IMG/VR virus record: IMGVR_UViG_3300042197_003393
Coordinates: 1-56,994 of that record
Direction: 5' to 3' (one strand)
Source: a virus
Lineage: Duplodnaviria > Caudoviricetes
Length of the DNA: 56,994 bases
The notes under the pieces are model-generated. The model was not told the origin of the DNA and searched no databases. It was given only the letters and a program-made list of their open reading frames with translations. Position 1 is the stretch's first letter; each line of letters opens with the position of its first letter. Made by a program: the position numbers and the translations under genes. This document shows, in pieces, positions 41,676 to 49,502 of this stretch.

Positions 41676-43085
41676 TTAATCTCTATCTGAACCGGATAGT
41701 GGTCGTCCTCCTACTTTCTTACCACTTGCATTAGCATCATATCGACACAAGTATAAATCAGTAGTCCATTGACCTCGATCTATCTTATGCTTGAATCCGT
41801 AAATAATCCAGTTTCCAGTAATCCAATGATGCTTCTCTTGTGCTTCCGCCGCCGCCGCGCCGGGATCACGACCCTTTTCTCCTTTGACATATCTTACATA
41901 AACCGTATCCACTCCTAATCCTTTACAGCTTCTATAGATAGCGTGTCCTAATACTTCGAGTCTTATTTTTATCAATCCTTGAGTCATATTCAAATACATT
42001 CCACGAGCTCTGCCATCTAAATAGTCGATATAACTTAAGCCCAATTCTCCAGCGGAATAGACTTCAGGGATCCCGATAATGGATGTCGATCCGGCTGCGC
42101 CTGCAGTAAAAGCAATATCATCTTGCTTTTTAAATGCGACTTCTTTAGCATCTGCTATTTGCTTACCTTTAGTCGCTTTATCATTCACTATTGTCTTAAA
42201 GGGCTTATATAATGTGGTGGAATCGAAATAATTCCCAGTAGTCGCTGATGCTCCTTGTGTTGTCAACACTGTATTCGTCAAAGATTGTGAATTATCCATT
42301 AATATCTCATATCCTAAAATCGTAGAATTAGCCTTATCAGCAAATGCCCGATAATATGCGCGTGGTACTGACTTTAATTGCGCCTGCTCTACTATTTCCA
42401 ACTTATATCCATCAGAAGATACCATCCACTGCGTCTTCTTTGGCGTCAAGGAACAAGACCAGTCCAAAAGTGAAGATATGAATGTCTTTGGATCCTGCCT
42501 CATCATATACCATTTGTTCTCACTTGAATCTATGGTCGGTGTTACCTCTACTTTATAATCAGCTTGACCCAAACGTGCAGCCTTCACTGAATCCTTGGGG
42601 AAATAATATCTAACGCATTGCTCAATCGCCTGAGAGACAGATCCTCTGAAGGCTCCCCCTGCCGATTGCCCACAATTCAAGTAATATGTGGGCGGATCAA
42701 TGGCTGTCATCTCTATGTGAGTAAGGTCAAGACCTTCAACATATGCCTTTATCGAAGTGACTATAGCATATTGCATGCGAGTCGAATTTTCGCCCGCCGC
42801 TATATCTTCCTCCTCTTTTAAAGTAACGTCCGCTGTTCTTATACTAAACTTTACCACTAATGGTTGCCTGCGCCCTCGCTCGAAATATCCTTTCCTTATA
42901 AAATCGTCAAACAAGTTAGAGTGAGCGTCTGCAAATAAGGCATTTATGCTATATCCGCCATTGACCATAGCAGTAAATACACATGATCGGAACAAATACC
43001 CAATGTTTGTGTTGGGAACATTCTGCTCATCTATTACTTCGAAGTACAGTGACGGGCGACCGTTTAGCTGAGGCATAATAGCCAT
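41676..43085 (-). CDS. baseplate hub protein, gp27/late-control-D-like
   Basis: G..S..I, Q....FI..L, ..V.G, G.W.I....HKI..G...T.L.L.R; position upstream of tape measure. Confidence 0.7.
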   Translation of the reverse strand: MAIMPQLNGRPSLYFEVIDEQNVPNTNIGYLFRSCVFTAMVNGGYSINALFADAHSNLFDDFIRKGYFERGRRQPLVVKFSIRTADVTLKEEEDIAAGENSTRMQYAIVTSIKAYVEGLDLTHIEMTAIDPPTYYLNCGQSAGGAFRGSVSQAIEQCVRYYFPKDSVKAARLGQADYKVEVTPTIDSSENKWYMMRQDPKTFISSLLDWSCSLTPKKTQWMVSSDGYKLEIVEQAQLKSVPRAYYRAFADKANSTILGYEILMDNSQSLTNTVLTTQGASATTGNYFDSTTLYKPFKTIVNDKATKGKQIADAKEVAFKKQDDIAFTAGAAGSTSIIGIPEVYSAGELGLSYIDYLDGRARGMYLNMTQGLIKIRLEVLGHAIYRSCKGLGVDTVYVRYVKGEKGRDPGAAAAEAQEKHHWITGNWIIYGFKHKIDRGQWTTDLYLCRYDANASGKKVGGRPLSGSDRD

Positions 43086-43368
43086 GGAAATATTATCTCT
43101 AAATTATGGCGGTAGCAAGGTACTCTATCTATTATCTTTGGGTGCTCATAATGGAAAGATGTATGGAATCGAATTAACTTCGATTCCTACTACGGAAAGA
43201 AATGAGATTATTAACAATCTAGCTGCGCTATCGAGCTTTGACCTTAAAAAGAAGGCCAGTTGGTTCAAGACTAAATGTCCAATAAGTTATAAGCAAGGGT
43301 TCAGGAGCTTAAACCAATCTCTCATTACGATCATAGCCAAGTATCCTATTTCAAAGCTGAAATCTTAG
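43084..43368 (+). CDS. hypothetical protein
   Basis: 94-aa ORF filling the gap between hub and primase genes. Confidence 0.45.
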   Translation: MEILSLNYGGSKVLYLLSLGAHNGKMYGIELTSIPTTERNEIINNLAALSSFDLKKKASWFKTKCPISYKQGFRSLNQSLITIIAKYPISKLKS

Positions 43369-44413
43369 CGTGCAATCTGACCGTTTCCGCCATGCTTAAT
43401 GGTTTTATCGCGGTATCGTGTGCTTTTCTTATGTCTGCGTGTCCCATATTTCCCTTTGTGTGGCATTCATTCCAATCCTTTATGCCCAAACCATAATCAC
43501 CTGGTAAGCTATAAAAGAGCTTAAAACCATGAGGCTCTAAAAGCTCCTTATTCGACAAAATGCTCTTAAGTCCAGCCTTATCGTTATCAGGTGATAAAAT
43601 CACACCTGATTTTGGTCCGATTATTTTTAACTTATTAATCTGCTTTTCCGTTAGCACTGCGCCCCCTGATGCAACCGTTTGCGCACCGAGCGTGTGCATG
43701 TCAAATATCGCTTCGGTAATAATCACATAACTAGCGCATTCTACCTCATCGAAGCCATATAAAAAATCACCCTTCGTCCCTTCTGTGATCGCCACGATAT
43801 GGCCATTATCATCACGAATTTCGATTGATGGGAAGTTAAATCGCTTATTAAGTCTTGATCTACTCTGCCAATACACTAAGGTATCAAATTCATAATAAGG
43901 CCAATATACATCCATTCCTAAGTAGTGTAAATCGGCCTTAGCTATCGATTCATCATCATAACCCCTAGATTTCAACCATTTTTTCAAAGCTAATGCTTGT
44001 GTGTCATCGGCTGTGATCAGAGCGCTTACGCCACTAGGCAACGTCACCTCTGCTTTTGATTTTGATCTAACATCCGTCTGCCTATTGTCTGATTTCAGAT
44101 AATCGCGTAAATCAGCACCATCACCTAATATTTCTCTCACCGCCGCCGCATAACTGCATTTCTTATACAGACGAATAAACTTTATGAACGAGCAATTGCG
44201 TTTGTTAGTCTCTGGATTTACCGGGCCAGCCCATTCGTCACCTCGCCAGTCGTGACAGACGCCCTTGCTGGGATTTATGTTAAAATGAAAACCGATATCG
44301 TTATTAAGCGGATTATTGATGACAATTTCTTCACCGTTCTTACGAATCTTATGGTCAAAATGTTTGGTAATGTAAGACGTTATTTTATCAGCCGGTATTC
44401 TCAAAGCGCTCAT
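43346..44413 (-). CDS. DNA primase (TOPRIM, DnaG/gp61-like)
   Basis: WLKSRG, YWQSRS, LYGFD, ITEAIFD, PDNDKAG (DxD), KDWNE. Confidence 0.88.
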   Translation of the reverse strand: MSALRIPADKITSYITKHFDHKIRKNGEEIVINNPLNNDIGFHFNINPSKGVCHDWRGDEWAGPVNPETNKRNCSFIKFIRLYKKCSYAAAVREILGDGADLRDYLKSDNRQTDVRSKSKAEVTLPSGVSALITADDTQALALKKWLKSRGYDDESIAKADLHYLGMDVYWPYYEFDTLVYWQSRSRLNKRFNFPSIEIRDDNGHIVAITEGTKGDFLYGFDEVECASYVIITEAIFDMHTLGAQTVASGGAVLTEKQINKLKIIGPKSGVILSPDNDKAGLKSILSNKELLEPHGFKLFYSLPGDYGLGIKDWNECHTKGNMGHADIRKAHDTAIKPLSMAETVRLHAKISALK

Positions 44414-44425
44414 ATAGTTACAATA

Positions 44426-44851
44426 CTATCGACTCCACATCACTTGTGCTATTATAGACACGACTGCTACCACTAATCCAGAAATGAATCCTAACAAGGC
44501 TGCCTTTCCTTTAAGGACTTGTACCTCTAACTGCACCTTAGTAAGCTTTTTATCGATCTCGCCTATACAGTTCTCTAATTGAGAGTCCTCACGTTGTTGT
44601 CTTTTTAATAACTCTGACCTAATGTCGGTGATCATTGCACGCACCTTATCGACAGTTTCGTCTTTATGTGTCTGGATCTTCGTTAATAAATCATTTTTTA
44701 GTGCATTGCTATCTTCGATGAGGTCTTTTTCGTGGTCAAGACTTACTTGCGTTAATTTATTGACAGCGGTATCTAACCGTTCAAGTTCGGCAAGAACCAA
44801 TCTGCGGTATTCCGCCCAACTGTCAGACTGATTCTTGGGCGTTGGAGACAT
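44426..44851 (-). CDS. coiled-coil protein with C-terminal TM helix (holin/XhlA-like)
   Basis: W.EYR.LVL.EL.RL, heptad region, AALLGFISGLVVAVVSIIA. Confidence 0.6.
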   Translation of the reverse strand: MSPTPKNQSDSWAEYRRLVLAELERLDTAVNKLTQVSLDHEKDLIEDSNALKNDLLTKIQTHKDETVDKVRAMITDIRSELLKRQQREDSQLENCIGEIDKKLTKVQLEVQVLKGKAALLGFISGLVVAVVSIIAQVMWSR

Positions 44852-44859
44852 AGTACTCT

Positions 44860-45288
44860 CTACATCATTCTACAGATGGCATATCGCCGGTCTGTCCGTC
44901 GGACTGATAGAGCGATTTCGCATGCCACTATATCGCCTAATTTATTCTTTATCTGACAAATTATCTTGGATGGTTTGTCATTATTATCTAAGCAGCGCTT
45001 TACTCTCATCCTATCTGCCTCACCGATTAAGTTAAGCAAATGAGTATCATGTAAATCATTTTTATCATATCCTATGACACAGCAAGCGTTGTTAACATGA
45101 ATTATCTTGCCTTCTTGAATTATCATCATCATATCGGACGATAAATCCCACATGGCCATTAAATCGTCTAGCATTACACCTTGGTCAAGAGTCTCGTTTA
45201 ATTTCTTTATCTTACCTAGATATCCACTGGAGTCTTTCATATGGACTAAGTTCGCCAAAGCTGATGAGCGTAATATCTCTACAGCCAT
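44860..45288 (-). CDS. stand-alone PAS-domain protein
   Basis: DLSSDMMMII..GKIIHVN.A...IGY...DL....LL.LI...D...V, ..K.G......I..S. Confidence 0.75.
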   Translation of the reverse strand: MAVEILRSSALANLVHMKDSSGYLGKIKKLNETLDQGVMLDDLMAMWDLSSDMMMIIQEGKIIHVNNACCVIGYDKNDLHDTHLLNLIGEADRMRVKRCLDNNDKPSKIICQIKNKLGDIVACEIALSVRRTDRRYAICRMM

Positions 45289-45300
45289 ACTAAGTCCCCA

Positions 45301-46170
45301 TCAAGAAATAGTGAATATAAATTTACGGCTAACTCTTGTCTGACCATTCGGTAAGGTTAATTTTATACTGTATCTATATGTTCCCTTCAGAAATGTCGAG
45401 GTATCAAGATCGTATTGGACTACATACGGATTAGATCTATACGATCCTTGACGAATTCCCATCCTACACGGGGCGTTATCGACGATAAGTTCACAATTTT
45501 GAGTATCGATTGTAATTGATGGCTTTAAATACGGCATCATTGGATTAACTAAGTTAAAATTATAATCATACAGAGGCAGTGGCATTATGCCGATTTCTAG
45601 CGGCCTCACTTCTGGAGAATAAAACTTAATGTCTAACGGCTCAAATCCGAATCTGATAGTCTGTAACTTATCATCACAAAACCAATCATCAGAATATAAC
45701 CAGAAGCGATGGCAGCATTTTAATAACTGATCAGCATATCGTGGATCGTCTATGTCACAACATTCGGTCAGATCAGTGCCTAGCGAACCGCATGGATTCT
45801 CTGAAAAATAATACCACACATCGAAGTATACATCAGGTACTGTAAAATCCTTCGGTACCTCATACACTAAGTGATATCTTCCAGGAAGTGCGACAGTATC
45901 TGCTGTCGGCTCAGTGCAGCACGGACCGGCTTCCGCTGGCGTGCTCTCTCTACATAACGGTGAAGGATAAATGTCGCTGCAAGGGTCACTAACTGGTAAT
46001 GTAGCTACTAAATTGTGTGGTAATACTTGAGTCTTATATATCTCGACATATCTTACTGCATATGGGTCAGTCGCAACACCATTCCTTAAGAAATCGACGT
46101 TTAAATCAATTAATTGACCGCGCCGCCCAGCGATCCTAGGATTAGCCGTAGACAGCATGTCACAATTCAT
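45301..46170 (-). CDS. Cys-rich virion structural protein with Ig/BppU-like beta domains
   Basis: GRY...Y, YFDVWY, YDLDT..F..GTY.Y.I beta-sandwich patterns; many Cys; late-promoter-like ACAAACATAA at 46190-46199. Confidence 0.55.
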   Translation of the reverse strand: MNCDMLSTANPRIAGRRGQLIDLNVDFLRNGVATDPYAVRYVEIYKTQVLPHNLVATLPVSDPCSDIYPSPLCRESTPAEAGPCCTEPTADTVALPGRYHLVYEVPKDFTVPDVYFDVWYYFSENPCGSLGTDLTECCDIDDPRYADQLLKCCHRFWLYSDDWFCDDKLQTIRFGFEPLDIKFYSPEVRPLEIGIMPLPLYDYNFNLVNPMMPYLKPSITIDTQNCELIVDNAPCRMGIRQGSYRSNPYVVQYDLDTSTFLKGTYRYSIKLTLPNGQTRVSRKFIFTIS

Positions 46171-46237
46171 ATCTGGTCTCCGACTTAAATTATGTTTGTA
46201 TAAACTTAGATGGATACGACGCTAAGATAACCTAGTA

Positions 46238-46468
46238 TCAACGTCTAGGAACTGACGGCATAGAAGGCATTGAAGGCCTTGGCACAGATGGCATTGATGG
46301 CATTGATGGCATCGAAGATCCGGCTTGTGCTTTTTCTCTCTCAGCACGTTCTTTAAATTCACGCTCCAACCGTTTCATATACCATATACGATCTTCAGCT
46401 GACATAGCAGCTTGTTCGAATATTGATAGGTTCCCATGGTGCTTGAGTAAAAACATCTGCTCAAGCAA
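46238..46468 (-). CDS. gp51-like tail/baseplate assembly chaperone C-terminal ORF (probably expressed by frameshift)
   Basis: EQMFLL.HHG..S..E...M...DR.WY..RL; C-terminal SMP repeats. Confidence 0.7.
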   Translation of the reverse strand: MLEQMFLLKHHGNLSIFEQAAMSAEDRIWYMKRLEREFKERAEREKAQAGSSMPSMPSMPSVPRPSMPSMPSVPRR

Positions 46469-46493
46469 TGAATTATAAGCCTTATCGTATTCC

Positions 46494-47531
46494 TCAACGC
46501 TTAGACGGGCGAAAAAAGTTTTCCGTGATCGGTAACTCCACTGTAAATTCTGTTGAGCATTCGGGGCAGGTAACAGTGACAGTAGTATCGATACCAGGAG
46601 TGTTATCCTTTAACCAATCTCGCACCGTCGCAGTGTCTTGCGCATGCATCTTATCGACGAATTGTCTGATAGTTAATTGATCAGTGACACCAAAAACGCT
46701 GACAATAATCTTGCTCATATTGTCAGTGATAGAATCATCAATCGCCTGAGATTCAGCCTGTCTCTGTTTCCTTGCTTCGAAAGGCGACGCGCCTTTAGTC
46801 TTAACGCCACCACCCGGCTTGGCTGTCATCTTCTGCTTCATCTTACGCTTAGCCAAGATATCGTTAGCATCGTATCCTCTTAAAAATCTCACGCCCACCC
46901 AGAATTCACGTCCTACTGCCTTGCTCATATAAGGCAAGACGATCCTAAACGGTTCACCACCTGCCTCCGGCTTGCTCCACGTGATAGTACGGGCTAAATC
47001 ATTTAAATCATAAGTATGCGTCGAAACCGCACCACATGAAGTATTAGGGCATGTCACAGCAAATTCGTAAAAATTACCATGAGTGATGCCTCTAATATAA
47101 TAAAGAAGAAAAACTCGATCGCCCAACAATAAGTCTACCGGATCAAATCCGTTCGGGAATTTGCAACATTCACGGAATAAATAATCAATCGATTGACCAG
47201 ATTGTGCTAATCTTTGCGTCGCCAACACCTTTTCTGCGGCTTGACCCATGGCCCGAACCATTACCATCCCATCTGGCCAACCGTAATATAATCCCTTGCT
47301 TGGTAAATGGCATTCTTCCCATGGAATTAACTGATCTTCAGACGCTCCAATTAATCTCGTCACTAACTCTTCGTTAGACATACCCGGCGTGATTATACCA
47401 GACAAATCGCTGACCGACACATCCATGTGATTTATATCGTCGTCCTTGGTGTCCTTGGGCTGCTCTTCCTTCCTAGGTGTCTTATTAATCGGAGCGCCAG
47501 AATTTAAATCAATCTCTTCATTACTAGCCAT
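46494..47531 (-). CDS. baseplate hub assembly protein, gp26-like
   Basis: LPSKGL.Y, VRAM....E..L, L..GDR.FLL..IR, CxxxxC and CPEC pairs, ELPI..NFF. Confidence 0.85.
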   Translation of the reverse strand: MASNEEIDLNSGAPINKTPRKEEQPKDTKDDDINHMDVSVSDLSGIITPGMSNEELVTRLIGASEDQLIPWEECHLPSKGLYYGWPDGMVMVRAMGQAAEKVLATQRLAQSGQSIDYLFRECCKFPNGFDPVDLLLGDRVFLLYYIRGITHGNFYEFAVTCPNTSCGAVSTHTYDLNDLARTITWSKPEAGGEPFRIVLPYMSKAVGREFWVGVRFLRGYDANDILAKRKMKQKMTAKPGGGVKTKGASPFEARKQRQAESQAIDDSITDNMSKIIVSVFGVTDQLTIRQFVDKMHAQDTATVRDWLKDNTPGIDTTVTVTCPECSTEFTVELPITENFFRPSKR

Positions 47532-47586
47532 TTATATTGCCCATCTAGCCAATTTATGTCTCTCTAATTACTCTTATCAATATGCA

Positions 47587-48162
47587 TCACGGTCTTAACC
47601 CAAAGACGTCAAAGAAAACGTTTTTTAATTCTTTTAATCCAACAAATTCAGCTGCATAGTCATATGCCAGTGTGATCTCAACAGCCTTTATGTCACTAGA
47701 TGAATAGGTTAAATCGCCATATTTAATAGACGACGGCCAGCTTGATTCTAGCCTCCAGCCTTGTTCGCCGCCGCCATTTGGAAGATACGATACCAAATCC
47801 GTAGTAAATTGGTACTCAGCTGCAGGACGCAGACCATATTGACTCGACCAAACACTTTCGCGCCACCGGCGTACATACTGCAATAAGCCTTCCGTATCAT
47901 ACCATGATAATTTTATATCATCCCATGAAACACTCTTAGCGTATTTATACTCCATCGATCCACCAACATACTTTTCGACATTTACCGTGAATGAAGGCAA
48001 CGTAGCTTCTTTTAAGTGTATTAATGATGTATTTCTTTCGTTAACATTAGTCAAGATTGAAGGAACATACCAAGTATAATTATAATAATAATTCGCACGA
48101 CTAGTGGCTTGAGAATTAGCCTTCATCCTATCTGTAAATTCAGCAACCGCAAATCCAGGCAT
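47587..48162 (-). CDS. tail tube protein paralog (gp19 family)
   Basis: MPGF start, LP.F.V, W..I.L..YD, WP..I..GDL.YSS, I.LAYD.A. Confidence 0.8.
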   Translation of the reverse strand: MPGFAVAEFTDRMKANSQATSRANYYYNYTWYVPSILTNVNERNTSLIHLKEATLPSFTVNVEKYVGGSMEYKYAKSVSWDDIKLSWYDTEGLLQYVRRWRESVWSSQYGLRPAAEYQFTTDLVSYLPNGGGEQGWRLESSWPSSIKYGDLTYSSSDIKAVEITLAYDYAAEFVGLKELKNVFFDVFGLRP

Positions 48163-48842
48163 TACTGCACCTCGACTGCTAAATCATAGTTTAAAGTAAT
48201 CTCGATCTCGCAGACTTCATTAGAACTATAATCAAGATCCGATGGCGTTATCTTCGATATCCAGCAATTATATAGATTATATGAATACACTATATCACCT
48301 ACACCATTTCCCATTGTCAATACGGCATCTTTCAGATAATCAGATATATTGCCATGCAGATTAGTGCGATGATCGTAAATCGTGTTTGCCCACCACTGAT
48401 ATAATCTACTAGCTATAGAGTCTCGATGCTGAGGCCTTCTTATCCCATCACTCGTGTCTGAAAACGCTTCGTAAAAAGACATTGTGATGGGTGACCAGCT
48501 AATCTTACCAGGTCTCGATATTACACTCTGCGCATGGTGCGCTTTGACTATTTCGAATTCAGGCGTCGGCCTACTGCACTTCTTTAAATGTATTAAAATA
48601 CCAGTATCACGAGTTTCCCGGTCAAATCTTCCACCGATAGCACCACCTACTGGACCGACCCCACCGGGCGCGAGCGGGCCACCGATTATCTCTAGTGACC
48701 ACCGGTACTTCCTAGCATACTCGGTTTTAGGATCAGGTCCTTCGTATCGATTAGCCTCAGAATAGATTCCATCTGCAAATGAGCCAATATCCTCGTTGCA
48801 TTGTAAAAATGTCAAATCTACCGGACCTTGGAATCCTGGCAC
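48162..48842 (-). CDS. tail tube protein paralog (gp19 family)
   Basis: GGAG RBS + GTG at 48842 gives MPGF start; RK.RW, SRP..EF, PGK..W.PI...FY, L.NCW.....S.LDYS. Confidence 0.8.
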   Translation of the reverse strand: MPGFQGPVDLTFLQCNEDIGSFADGIYSEANRYEGPDPKTEYARKYRWSLEIIGGPLAPGGVGPVGGAIGGRFDRETRDTGILIHLKKCSRPTPEFEIVKAHHAQSVISRPGKISWSPITMSFYEAFSDTSDGIRRPQHRDSIASRLYQWWANTIYDHRTNLHGNISDYLKDAVLTMGNGVGDIVYSYNLYNCWISKITPSDLDYSSNEVCEIEITLNYDLAVEVQ

Positions 48843-48865
48843 TGTATAATCTCCATATAATACTT

Positions 48866-48888
48866 GGGCCACAGGTAAACTGTGGCCC
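48866..48888 (-). terminator. GC-rich hairpin downstream of the tube gene (no U-tract)
   Basis: GGGCCACAG-TTTAC-CTGTGGCCC. Confidence 0.5.
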
Positions 48889-48912
48889 TCATGGTCAGTA
48901 ATTTAATTACAA

Positions 48913-49491
48913 TCACGGGCAGCTAGGACGAGTCGGAATCGGACCCGGAACCGGCAAGCATGCTCTAACTGCCCTATCGTATCTCATCGAGCACTCGATT
49001 TCGAGTAACTCATTTCCGCTATAGTCAAGATCTGACCATTTGACTTCAGTAGGCCAGCAACCATACATTACCCAACGTTCGGTTGTCTGCCCAACGCCGT
49101 CGACCATGTCAAGCACGCCTTCCTTCTTGTAAAAGCGAGGGTGCGCAACGGCTATAGTATTCATATTCACCACTGTCTCTAGCCAGTGGTAACAGCCACG
49201 AGACACATCGGGATTCTGTTCAGAGTCGTACCACTTTAGGCTTACCGCTTCCCATTCCGACTTACCAGCGAGGTACACCTTCTCCTGATTATGGTGTACT
49301 TCCGTGGTCTCGACCTTGAATGAAGGTCTAGACGCAGACTTAAGCAACAGCAATTCTGCCGGAGACCAAGCGCTTGAGCCACGACCGAGGGCTTGGAAAA
49401 CCCATCGGTGGCGCCGCCTAATCTCTACGGTATTGGAAGGCGCATTGGCGCTATATCCGCCACCGATCGCACCGACATTAAATCCAGGCAT
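48913..49491 (-). CDS. gp19: major tail tube protein, gp19-like
   Basis: R.HRW.F, SASRP.F, AGK..W..V.L..YD, YKK...L...D..G, W...GCWP..V...DLDY; directly follows sheath. Confidence 0.9.
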   Translation of the reverse strand: MPGFNVGAIGGGYSANAPSNTVEIRRRHRWVFQALGRGSSAWSPAELLLLKSASRPSFKVETTEVHHNQEKVYLAGKSEWEAVSLKWYDSEQNPDVSRGCYHWLETVVNMNTIAVAHPRFYKKEGVLDMVDGVGQTTERWVMYGCWPTEVKWSDLDYSGNELLEIECSMRYDRAVRACLPVPGPIPTRPSCP

Positions 49492-49502
49492 TTCTATCCC
49501 CC

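Noticed and set aside
48843-48872. GTG start at 48872 for the second tube paralog
   Set aside because: Buried in a hairpin; downstream GTG at 48842 has a GGAG RBS and yields the shared MPGF start
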